The notes beneath the pieces were generated by a model, which was given only the letters and a program-made list of their open reading frames with translations, was not told the DNA's origin and made no database searches. From an uncultured SAR86 cluster bacterium (lineage in GTDB: Bacteria > Pseudomonadota > Gammaproteobacteria > Magnimaribacterales > D2472), in assembly GCA_902515455.1 (NCBI GenBank), contig CABXUO010000002.1:3961-67960 (forward strand): 64,000 bases of DNA, in the 5' to 3' direction. The translations under genes were made by a program, and so were the position numbers. Below, piece after piece: positions 27,256 to 36,596 of the stretch. Position 1 is the first letter of the stretch; each line of letters opens with the position of its first letter.

Positions 27256-28848
27256 ATGAATGGATTTACTAATCGTGCGCAACTTCTATCTAAAATGCGC
27301 AATGGTGAGCATTTAGATTGGGATATTATTGTTATTGGTGGGGGTATAACAGGAGCAGGTATTCTTCGTGAAGCACGACGTCAAGGTTACAGGGCGTTGT
27401 TACTAGAGCAACAAGACTTCTCATGGGGTACCTCTAGTCGCTCATCAAAAATGGTTCATGGAGGTTTGAGATATCTTGCTTCAGGCGATATAAAACTTAC
27501 CAAAGAGTCGGTGCAAGAAAGACAGCGCCTATTGAAAGAGGCTCCTGGATTAGTCGATCCAATCTCTTTTTATTTCACTTTTAGAAAGGGTAAATTTCCA
27601 GGTCGCATAGCTATGAAGATTATTTTAACTATTTATGATTTTTTTGCTGGAGCTCAAGATAATAGATTCTGTAACAATGAGGAATTACTAGAGCGTTTTA
27701 AAGGCCTGGATGATAACAAACTTCAGGGAGCAAGCTGTTATACAGATGCTATGGTGGATGATTCGAGATTAGTTCTCCGTGTATTGCAAGACAGTATTGA
27801 TGATGGCGGATATGCGCTAAATTATACTAAAGTAGAAGATCTCTTATTAACAGATGGCCGTGTTTCTGGAGTAAGCATTCAAGATAGAGTTCATTCTGGC
27901 TCAATTCATTTAAATGCCCCAGTTGTTATTAACGCTACTGGAGCTTGGGCAGATAGACTTCGAAATGTTGTTAATAACGAGACTCGAATTAGACCGTTGC
28001 GTGGCAGTCACATTATTATTGCTAAATCTTTATTTCCAATATCCGATGTTATGACTTTTTTGCACGTTGATGACAAGCGAGGTGTTTTTGTTTACCCATG
28101 GGAGGGCACAACAGTTATTGGAACCACAGATATAGATCATAATGAAGATATAGACATTGAGGCTGGCATCTCCGATCAAGAAGTGGATTACTTGCTAAAA
28201 GCTTTTAATAGTCAATTTCCAAGTAATTCACTTAAACGAAGTGATGTGCTATCAACTTGGTCCGGTGTTCGGCCTGTTATTGGTGCAGAAAAAAGTAAAG
28301 ATCCTTCAAAGGAACGACGAGATCATGCTGTTTGGTCTGATAATGGATTAATCACTGTAAGCGGTGGCAAACTTACAACTTTTCGGTTGATCGCATTAGA
28401 TGCTCTGGCTGCGGCTAAGGATAATCTTCCTGCAGCCAAAGAAATTACAGATGACCGTGTATTTTTGACTCCAAAAGTTTCTGCCGAGACCCTATCACCA
28501 AAAAATATTAGCTGGGCTCAACGATTACTTGGAAGATATGGTGAAAAAGCAATTGAACTTTTAAATGAAAGTTCAAAGGAGGAACATGACAATCTTGATG
28601 CAACTGAATTTTCATTAGCTGAATGTAGGTGGGCAATAAAGTATGAGGCAGTAGAACATTTAGATGATTTGATGCTGCGAAGAACTCGTTTAGGCATGTG
28701 TCTACCAAATGGTGGCAGCACTCTTTATCCAGCTTTAAAAGAATTATTTTTATCCAATCACAGCTGGGACGAAGAACGGTGGCAAAAAGAGGTAACTCGT
28801 TATGAAAAAATTTGGAAACAGTATTACAGTCTTCCAAGCAATACTTAA
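27256..28848 (+). CDS. FAD-dependent glycerol-3-phosphate dehydrogenase/oxidase-like protein
   Basis: 530 aa. Motifs VIGGGITGAGILREA and SSRSSKMVHGGLRYL are typical of the GlpD family. Confidence 0.8.
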   Translation: MNGFTNRAQLLSKMRNGEHLDWDIIVIGGGITGAGILREARRQGYRALLLEQQDFSWGTSSRSSKMVHGGLRYLASGDIKLTKESVQERQRLLKEAPGLVDPISFYFTFRKGKFPGRIAMKIILTIYDFFAGAQDNRFCNNEELLERFKGLDDNKLQGASCYTDAMVDDSRLVLRVLQDSIDDGGYALNYTKVEDLLLTDGRVSGVSIQDRVHSGSIHLNAPVVINATGAWADRLRNVVNNETRIRPLRGSHIIIAKSLFPISDVMTFLHVDDKRGVFVYPWEGTTVIGTTDIDHNEDIDIEAGISDQEVDYLLKAFNSQFPSNSLKRSDVLSTWSGVRPVIGAEKSKDPSKERRDHAVWSDNGLITVSGGKLTTFRLIALDALAAAKDNLPAAKEITDDRVFLTPKVSAETLSPKNISWAQRLLGRYGEKAIELLNESSKEEHDNLDATEFSLAECRWAIKYEAVEHLDDLMLRRTRLGMCLPNGGSTLYPALKELFLSNHSWDEERWQKEVTRYEKIWKQYYSLPSNT

Positions 28849-28860
28849 AATGAGGTTATC

Positions 28861-30411
28861 TTGAACGAAAAGTATTTTTTGAGTATTGATAACGGAACTC
28901 AGAGTGTGCGGGCTATAGTTTTTGATATGAATGGTCAGCTTATTGCAAAAAGCAAAGTTGAAATTGAGCCTTATTTTTCTTCTCAGAAAGGATGGGCAGA
29001 ACAGCATGCAGATTATTTTTGGAATTCCCTTTGTCAGGCTTGCCAAGAACTATGGCCAAAATTATCTATCTCAAAAGAATTGATTGCTGCTGTCTCTGTA
29101 ACCACTCAGCGTGCGACGGTAGTAACCATGGGAGAGGATAACCAACCTTTGCGACCTGCTATTAGCTGGTTGGATCAGCGAAAAGTAGATACTAAGCCTA
29201 AATTAGGAAAAGTAGAATCAGCCATAATGAGCCTAGTTAGAGCCAAGTCATTGGTAGATTTGATGCATGCAGAGGCCGAAGCCAATTGGATTGAGCAAAA
29301 TGAGCCTGAAATCTGGAAGCAAGTTCATAAATTTTTACTTCTTTCTGGTTATCACAACTATAAACTTACAGGCCAATATAATGATGCTATTGCAAGTACT
29401 GTCGGATTTTTTCCATTTGAATACAAGACACAACAATGGGCAGATCAAAATGATTGGAAATGGCGAGCTATGCCAATTAGATCAGAAATGTTATCCGAGG
29501 TCTTTCCAGCAGGATCTGTCCTTGGTGAGATTACCGAAGTAGCGGCTGAACAAACTGGAATACCACAAGGACTACCTTTGATTGCTAGTGGCTCAGATAA
29601 AGCATGCGAGGTTTTGGGAACTGGATGCATTAATGATGAGACAGGCAGCTTGAGCTATGGCAGCCTTGCTACATTGAATATCACTTCTGATAAATATCTT
29701 GAAGCGATACCTTTTTATCCTGCATATCCGGGAGTAATACCCAATACATTTAATATTGAGATGATGATTCAAAGAGGGTATTGGATGGTGAGCTGGTTTA
29801 AAAAAGAATTTGGACTTCAAGAAGATCAACTAGCAAAAGAAAAAAATGTCCAACCTGAAACTCTATTTGATAAATTACTAGCCAAAGTCCCACCAGGTTC
29901 TGATGGATTAATGCTGCAACCTTATTGGTCGCCTTCTAATGGAGATGGTCCTGAAACAAGAGGGGCAATTATTGGATTTAATGAAGAGCACACTAGGGCA
30001 CACCTTTATCGCGCAATGATCGAGGGGTTAACTTATGCACTAAGGGAGAGCAAAGAACTTTTGGAAAAACGAAGTAAAAAAATTATTTCTCGCATAGTTG
30101 TATCAGGCGGAGGCTCTCAAAGTGATGAAGTCATGCAGATAACCGCTGATATTTTTGGTATGACCGTTTTTCGTCCACATACATTCGAAACATCATCCCT
30201 TGGAGCTGCTATTGCAAGTGCTGTTGGAATTGGTCTATACCCAAATTTTACTTCCGCAGTTGAAAAAATGACTCACGAAGGAGACAGGTTTGATCCTATA
30301 GCAGCCAATTCAGAAATTTATAATGATCTATACCATAAGGTTTATAAAAAAATGTATGGCAACCTTAAACCAAGCTATGAGGCAATATGGTCAATCACAA
30401 ACAGAACTTAA
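28861..30411 (+). CDS. FGGY-family carbohydrate/polyol kinase
   Basis: 516 aa with a TTG start. N-terminal LSIDNGTQSVRAIVFD and C-terminal VSGGGSQSDEVMQITADIFG. Confidence 0.8.
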   Translation: MNEKYFLSIDNGTQSVRAIVFDMNGQLIAKSKVEIEPYFSSQKGWAEQHADYFWNSLCQACQELWPKLSISKELIAAVSVTTQRATVVTMGEDNQPLRPAISWLDQRKVDTKPKLGKVESAIMSLVRAKSLVDLMHAEAEANWIEQNEPEIWKQVHKFLLLSGYHNYKLTGQYNDAIASTVGFFPFEYKTQQWADQNDWKWRAMPIRSEMLSEVFPAGSVLGEITEVAAEQTGIPQGLPLIASGSDKACEVLGTGCINDETGSLSYGSLATLNITSDKYLEAIPFYPAYPGVIPNTFNIEMMIQRGYWMVSWFKKEFGLQEDQLAKEKNVQPETLFDKLLAKVPPGSDGLMLQPYWSPSNGDGPETRGAIIGFNEEHTRAHLYRAMIEGLTYALRESKELLEKRSKKIISRIVVSGGGSQSDEVMQITADIFGMTVFRPHTFETSSLGAAIASAVGIGLYPNFTSAVEKMTHEGDRFDPIAANSEIYNDLYHKVYKKMYGNLKPSYEAIWSITNRT

Positions 30412-30431
30412 CTTTATTTGTGGAGCAATTG

Positions 30432-31256
30432 ATGGATACCTTTAAAAACAAAAAAGCGCTTGTAACTGGTGCGTCTATTGGAATCGGTAAAGCCATAGCT
30501 ATTGATCTTGCAACAAAAGGTGCTGAATTAATTTTGACTGCTCGGTCTCAAGAGCAATTAGAATCTTTGGCAAATGCAATAGAAGAAAAGGGTGGTAAAG
30601 CGCATGTCTTTTTAGAGGATTTAGCTCAACCGGGCTCAGCGGCGAGGCTACATCAGCAGATCACAGCTGCAAATCTTCAAGTTGATTTGTTAATTAATAA
30701 TGCAGGTTATGGGAGATGGGGTCAATTTAGAGATTTTCAAAGAGATGATTACGCAAATATGATTCAATTGAATATTACATCGCTGACAGATCTTTGCCAT
30801 TTATTTTTACCTGCTATGGTTGAAAAAGGTGAAGGAGGAGTTATCAATATTGGTTCATCTGCATCATTTTTACCAGTTCCCTATGCAAGTGTTTATTCTT
30901 CAACAAAAGCATACGTTTTAATGTTTTCTGAAGCTTTACGATATGAGTATTCTGACAGTAACGTTCGAATTATGGCCTCTTGCCCTGGAGCAACCGATTC
31001 AAATTTTAGAAATGTCGCAACGGAGAAATCATCTGATCGACTCAAACAAAGAATAAGTAAATTAAAAGGTGAGGGTCAAGTTGGAGATACTTGTGAAAGA
31101 GTTTCCAAAGAGACTTTAGATGCTTTTTTAAAAAATAAGCATTATGTAGTGCCTGGTAAAGGAAATTTTAAGTTCGCATTTTTACCAAGAATTTTATCCA
31201 GAGCAAAGGTATTAAAATTTACAGGCGACGCTTTCAAAAAGCACACCTTGAGTTAG
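30432..31256 (+). CDS. Short-chain dehydrogenase/reductase (classical SDR)
   Basis: ATG at 30432 (MDTFKNKKALVTGASIGIGKA). The track's start at 30387 overlaps the kinase. NNAG and YSSTK are present. Confidence 0.8.
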   Translation: MDTFKNKKALVTGASIGIGKAIAIDLATKGAELILTARSQEQLESLANAIEEKGGKAHVFLEDLAQPGSAARLHQQITAANLQVDLLINNAGYGRWGQFRDFQRDDYANMIQLNITSLTDLCHLFLPAMVEKGEGGVINIGSSASFLPVPYASVYSSTKAYVLMFSEALRYEYSDSNVRIMASCPGATDSNFRNVATEKSSDRLKQRISKLKGEGQVGDTCERVSKETLDAFLKNKHYVVPGKGNFKFAFLPRILSRAKVLKFTGDAFKKHTLS

Positions 31257-31295
31257 TTTTACCTGAATAGATTTTTTTTAGTAGCATAGGATCTA

Positions 31296-32828
31296 ATGGC
31301 AATTAAAAACAGACCAGAATTTGAAAAATTTCTTCAACGATTAGAAAAAAGCTCTGACGAATTTCGCGCATCTTCAAAAGAAAAAAGGCATGCTAAAAAA
31401 TATAGAACTGCTCGAGAAAACCTTGCTCACTTAATAGATAAAGATAGTTTTTTGGAGTTTGGTCAATTTGCGGTTGCTGCTCAAAGAAGTCGAAGGGATT
31501 ACGAAGAGCTTCAAGATAAAACTAACGCTGATGGAATCATTACAGGCTTTTGTTCTGTTAATTCAGAATTAGTTGGTCCAGAAAACTCTCAAGCTGTTGC
31601 TATTGTTTATGATTACTCTGTTTTAGCTGGTACCCAAGGGGCCTTTCATCATATGAAATTAGATCGAATATGTGATCAGGCTAAAAAGTTTGAACTACCA
31701 ATTATAATTTTTACTGAAGGCGGTGGTGGCAGACCTGGAGATACTGATGTGCTTATTCAGATAGCAGGATTACACATACCTTCTTTTTCCTCATGGGCTC
31801 AATTAAGTGGCACCTCATTAAAAATTGCTGTAAATAATGGTTATTGTTTTGCTGGTAATGCTGCATTATTTGGATGTTCTGATTTTCGAATTGCAACAAA
31901 GACCTCATGGATTGGTATGGCCGGCCCTGCAATGATTGAAGGAGGCGGTCTTGGTGTATTTGAACCAACTGACATTGGTCCTGTTTCGGTTCATGAACAG
32001 AATGGAGTGGTAGATTATGTTGCTGAAAATGAAGAGGAAGCAACTGAAATTGCAAAACAAATCCTTTCTTATTTTCAAGGTCCTGTAAGCAAGTTCTCTA
32101 TTAATGATCAAGAAATTCTTCGAAACATCATGCCAGAAGACAGACGATATACCTATGAGGTGCGGGACATAATTAAAACGGTTGCTGACATTGATAGTTT
32201 TTTAGAACTTAAAAGAAATTTTGGTCAAAGCATTGTTACCGGATTTATTAGAATAGAGGGTAAGCCTTTTGCTCTTCTTGCAAGTGATTGTCAAAAACTT
32301 GGTGGTGCAATTGACTCAGAGTCTGCAGAAAAAGCCGCAGATTTTATTTCTATTTGTAATGATCATGATCTTCCAATTCTTGTTCTTGCTGACACTCCAG
32401 GATTTATGGTTGGCCCAGCAAGCGAGGAAGGAGGGGCAGTTAGAAGAATGGCCTCTTTATTTAAACAAGGAGCAAATATTGAGGTTCCACTTGTAGCAAT
32501 TTTTCTTCGAAAAGGATATGGATTAGGAGCCCAGGCTTTGGTTGGAGGAAGTCTGCATAATCCTGTCTATACTGCAGCATGGCCAACTGGTGAATTTGGA
32601 GGCATGGGAATAGAGGGTGCTGTAAAACTTGGATATAGAAAGGAGCTAGAAAGTATAGAAGATCCTAATGAGCGAAAGGAACTATTTGAAAAGCTAGTTT
32701 CGAAAATGTATGAAGTTGGTCAAGCAATTGAAGCTGCATCTTTTTTAGAAATCGATGCTGTTATTGATCCTGCAGAAACAAGAACGATAGTGCTAAAAGC
32801 TTTTAAATCTGCATTAGGAAATTTGTGA
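31296..32828 (+). CDS. Acyl-CoA carboxylase carboxyltransferase-domain protein (PccB/MccB-like), no partner subunits in window
   Basis: 510 aa. Two carboxyltransferase halves with IIFTEGGGGRPGD and LADTPGFMVGP blocks. Confidence 0.75.
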   Translation: MAIKNRPEFEKFLQRLEKSSDEFRASSKEKRHAKKYRTARENLAHLIDKDSFLEFGQFAVAAQRSRRDYEELQDKTNADGIITGFCSVNSELVGPENSQAVAIVYDYSVLAGTQGAFHHMKLDRICDQAKKFELPIIIFTEGGGGRPGDTDVLIQIAGLHIPSFSSWAQLSGTSLKIAVNNGYCFAGNAALFGCSDFRIATKTSWIGMAGPAMIEGGGLGVFEPTDIGPVSVHEQNGVVDYVAENEEEATEIAKQILSYFQGPVSKFSINDQEILRNIMPEDRRYTYEVRDIIKTVADIDSFLELKRNFGQSIVTGFIRIEGKPFALLASDCQKLGGAIDSESAEKAADFISICNDHDLPILVLADTPGFMVGPASEEGGAVRRMASLFKQGANIEVPLVAIFLRKGYGLGAQALVGGSLHNPVYTAAWPTGEFGGMGIEGAVKLGYRKELESIEDPNERKELFEKLVSKMYEVGQAIEAASFLEIDAVIDPAETRTIVLKAFKSALGNL

Positions 32829-33796
32829 AAAAAATTCTAATAACTCTTTTGATTATTTTTTTGCTTATATGGCTTCCATATTTTACTCAAACATACAAAC
32901 TTAAAACATTAGCAGCGTCTGACCTTCCCTCAAAGGGCGCATGGGTATCTTTGGAAAAAGGTAATCTTTATTATCGTTGGTATTATCCTGACGCAAAAGT
33001 AATGAACAATGAAACAGTTGTTCTTGTGCATGGGTTTTCAACCCCTCATTTTGTATGGGATGGAATGAAAGGATTTTTATTAGATGCGGGATACTCGGTC
33101 CTTGTGTTTGATCATTATGGTCGCGGATATTCTGAGAGACCAAAAATTAAATATACCAAGGATGTTTTTGTTCAATCCCTTAGAGGATTGCTTGATTCAC
33201 AAAAAATTCCCGGGCAAGTGCATCTAGTTGGTTACTCAATGGGTGGACCCATAGTAGGTCACTTTGCTAGCGAATTTCCTGACATGGTTAAAAGTATTTC
33301 TTTGATTGCTCCTGCAGGTTTTATGGCTGAAAACCCAACAAAGGATTGGTGGATTATGAAACCTCTGATAGGAGAGTGGTTCCTAAATGTTTTTGGCTCA
33401 AGACTGGTCTTTCAGGGCAATGAGAATAAAAATGAGCCTCCAAGAGAAGATCCTCTAGCATTATCAAAAAAAGAGTTTATTGAAAAAGCAGGAGTGCAAA
33501 TGCAATATAAAGGCTTCATTGATGCTTTATTATCAACTGCTCGCAATTTTAATTTATTTAGTACTCAGGAAATGTTTGTTGATGTAGGAAATTTAAACAA
33601 GCCAATCCTGACTATTTGGGGAACTGAGGATGAAGTTGTTCCATTTATAGGAAGTAAAGAGCTGATGATTTATATTCCTCAATCTGAGTTACTAGTGTTG
33701 GAAGGAGGCAAGCATGATATTACTTATGCTGAACCTTCAATAGTTGGTGCAGCTATTAGAGATTTTCTAATGAGTCAGTCTAAGGCTGAAGCTTAG
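32825..33796 (+). CDS. Alpha/beta-fold hydrolase with N-terminal membrane anchor
   Basis: GTG start overlapping the upstream stop. N-terminal ILITLLIIFLLIWL, VLVHGF, the nucleophile elbow GYSMGG, and late GGKHD. Confidence 0.75.
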   Translation: MKKILITLLIIFLLIWLPYFTQTYKLKTLAASDLPSKGAWVSLEKGNLYYRWYYPDAKVMNNETVVLVHGFSTPHFVWDGMKGFLLDAGYSVLVFDHYGRGYSERPKIKYTKDVFVQSLRGLLDSQKIPGQVHLVGYSMGGPIVGHFASEFPDMVKSISLIAPAGFMAENPTKDWWIMKPLIGEWFLNVFGSRLVFQGNENKNEPPREDPLALSKKEFIEKAGVQMQYKGFIDALLSTARNFNLFSTQEMFVDVGNLNKPILTIWGTEDEVVPFIGSKELMIYIPQSELLVLEGGKHDITYAEPSIVGAAIRDFLMSQSKAEA

Positions 33797-36572
33797 CAAT
33801 ACTTTTTTCTAACATTGTTTTTTTACTTTCAGCATCTGAGATTTTTACTTTTTCTTTTTTCACAACCTCTGCTGGTGCTTTATCGACAAATTGTTTGTTA
33901 GCTAGTTTAGCGTTAATAATTTTAATATCATTCTCTACATCAGCGAGCTCCTTTTGCAGTCTTGCAATTTCTTCCTCTGGATCAATCAATCCCTCCAATG
34001 GAATGATTATTTTGTATCCATCCATAGTTTTTTCAATTGATTCGGCTGGCACCTGATCAGAAAATTCAATTTTGCCTAATTTTGCTATACCCGAGATCAC
34101 CCCCTCATTTTCACTAATAATTGATTGTGTGTCTGAGTTTAGATCATTTGAAATAATGAGATTTAACGTTTCATTTTTAATGTTTTGATTTTCTGCCCTT
34201 ATGACTCTGAGGGCAGAAATAATATTTATTATCTTATCTAATTGTATTTCATTGCTTTGATTGGATGCTTTAGTATGATTAAAGCCATTTTCAACCAAAT
34301 ATCCTGACTTTTCTAACTTTGACAAATCAGCCAATTTAGAAGAGAGCTCCTCAGTGATAAACGGCATAAAAGGATGCAACAATTCAAGGATGCTATAGAA
34401 GTTTGTAATTAAATTTTTTATTAAACTGTTTGTTTGGCCAGCATTATCAGACTTTTGTATGGCAACTTTGCAAAATTCAATATACCAGTCACAGAAATTT
34501 GACCATACTAATTCATAAATCTCTGCTGAGGCCAAATCAAACCGATATTGTTTTATGTGCGTTTGGCAATTCTTAGCAGTTTGATAAATTTTGGATGCCA
34601 TCCAGTCGGAAAAAATATCTTTTGAGCCTTCGCTAGATTGATAGCTATGATTAGTAATTTGCATTTCAATAAATCTAAAAGCATTCCAAATTTTATTACA
34701 AAAGTTTCTGTAGCCTTTAATTCTGCCTATATCAAAATTAATATCTCTACCAGGAGAGGCAAGAGAGTAAAAGGTGTATCGTAATGCATCCGTGCCATAA
34801 CTTTCGATGCCCTCAGGAAACTGATTTTTTGTTTGTTGGATAATTTTCTCTTTGAGTTGTGGCTGCATCATGCCCTCAGTTCTTTTGGCCAGAAGCTCCT
34901 CTAAAGAAACTCCATCTATGAGATCAATTGGATCAAGGATGTTTCCTTTTGATTTAGACATTTTCTGTCCATTTTCATCTTTAATAAGACCGGTTATGTA
35001 GACTTCTTTAAACGGAACCTCTTTCATGAAGTGCTTGGTCATCATGATCATTCTTGCCACCCAAAAAAATATGATATCAAAGCCAGTAACCAATGTTGTT
35101 GTTGGATGAAATAGGCTTAATTTTTCATTTTTTTCAGGCCATCCCATTGTTGCAAATGTCCAAAGACTAGAAGAGAACCAAGTATCTAAGACATCTTCTT
35201 CTTGGCGCAGTTTGCCTTTTAAATTATGCTTTTCTCTAACATCTTTCTCAGAAAAGCCTGCATGTGGTTTATTAGATTCATCGTACCAAATTGGAATTCT
35301 ATGTCCCCACCATAATTGTCTGCTGATGCACCAATCTTGAATATTATCCATCCATTGAAAATAAGTTTTTTCCCAATTAGCCGGTACAAATTGTATTTCT
35401 CCAGACTTGACAGCATCAATAGCAGGTTTTGCAAGTGTTTTTGCATCTACATACCATTGATCTGTTAGCAGAGGTTCAAGAATTTGATCTGATCTATCTC
35501 CGTAGGGCAAAGTGCTTTCATATTCTTTTTCAGACATAAGAAGCTTTTCTTTTTTTAAATCCTCGAGAATTACTTTGCGGGCTTCAAATCTATCCATGCC
35601 ATGGAATTTTTTCGGAGCTACACCAATAATTGCAACAGTTTTATTAAAGATAGAAATAGGAACAAAATCATCTTCAGCACCGGAATGACACTGAAAATCT
35701 TCATCCATATGAAGACCATGTCTCTTCCCTAAATCGTAATCATTAAAATCATGACCGGGAGTAATTTTAACGACCCCGGTTCCAAATTCTGGGTCTACAT
35801 AACTATCTGCAACAATGGGTATAAGCCTATTACATAATGGCAATGAAGCTTTCTTACCAATGAGATGCGAAAATCTCTTATCAGAGGGATTTACTGCTAG
35901 TGCCATATCTCCAAGCAGCGTTTCTGGTCTTGTTGTTGCAACAGTCACAAATTTATCAGTTGCTTCAAGTTGATATTTTATTTCCCAAATTTTAATTGTG
36001 AGATCTTTATTCACCACCTCAAGGTCAGAAAGAGAAGTTTCTAATACAGGGTCCCAATTCACAAGCCTCTTACCCTGGTAAATAAGGCCTTCTTCAAACA
36101 ATTGAATAAATGCACTTAAAACGGCATGCTGATATTCTTCATCTAAGGTGAATCGTTCAGAACTCCAATCTAGACTTGATCCTAATCGTCTAAGTTGAGA
36201 TGTAATTTTATTACCTGAGACTTTCTTCCAATTCCAAACTTCTTCTTCAAAAGCCTCTCTACCGATATCACTTTTTGTTTTTCCTTCAGCATTGAGTCGC
36301 CTTTCGACAACCATCTCAGTTGCAATGCCAGCATGGTCTGTTCCAACTTGCCATAAAGTATTTTTACCAGACATTCGATAGTATCGAATTAAACAATCCA
36401 TGATGGCATTCTGAAATCCATGGCCCATGTGCAATGTTCCAGTCACATTTGGAGGGGGTATAGCAAGTGAATAAGCTTCAGGATTATCTCCTGGTGCAAA
36501 GAGGCCAGAATCTTCCCATGCTTTATAAAGCTTTTGCTCTATATCAGATGGATCATATGGCTTCTTATCCAT
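33780..36572 (-). CDS. valS: Valine--tRNA ligase
   Basis: 930 aa. HIGH-type PPPNVTGTLHMGHG, KMSKS as KMSKSKGN, and a C-terminal coiled coil. Confidence 0.97.
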   Translation of the reverse strand: MDKKPYDPSDIEQKLYKAWEDSGLFAPGDNPEAYSLAIPPPNVTGTLHMGHGFQNAIMDCLIRYYRMSGKNTLWQVGTDHAGIATEMVVERRLNAEGKTKSDIGREAFEEEVWNWKKVSGNKITSQLRRLGSSLDWSSERFTLDEEYQHAVLSAFIQLFEEGLIYQGKRLVNWDPVLETSLSDLEVVNKDLTIKIWEIKYQLEATDKFVTVATTRPETLLGDMALAVNPSDKRFSHLIGKKASLPLCNRLIPIVADSYVDPEFGTGVVKITPGHDFNDYDLGKRHGLHMDEDFQCHSGAEDDFVPISIFNKTVAIIGVAPKKFHGMDRFEARKVILEDLKKEKLLMSEKEYESTLPYGDRSDQILEPLLTDQWYVDAKTLAKPAIDAVKSGEIQFVPANWEKTYFQWMDNIQDWCISRQLWWGHRIPIWYDESNKPHAGFSEKDVREKHNLKGKLRQEEDVLDTWFSSSLWTFATMGWPEKNEKLSLFHPTTTLVTGFDIIFFWVARMIMMTKHFMKEVPFKEVYITGLIKDENGQKMSKSKGNILDPIDLIDGVSLEELLAKRTEGMMQPQLKEKIIQQTKNQFPEGIESYGTDALRYTFYSLASPGRDINFDIGRIKGYRNFCNKIWNAFRFIEMQITNHSYQSSEGSKDIFSDWMASKIYQTAKNCQTHIKQYRFDLASAEIYELVWSNFCDWYIEFCKVAIQKSDNAGQTNSLIKNLITNFYSILELLHPFMPFITEELSSKLADLSKLEKSGYLVENGFNHTKASNQSNEIQLDKIINIISALRVIRAENQNIKNETLNLIISNDLNSDTQSIISENEGVISGIAKLGKIEFSDQVPAESIEKTMDGYKIIIPLEGLIDPEEEIARLQKELADVENDIKIINAKLANKQFVDKAPAEVVKKEKVKISDAESKKTMLEKSIAKLQP

Positions 36573-36596
36573 TAATTCTTAAGATCTAATAAGTTC

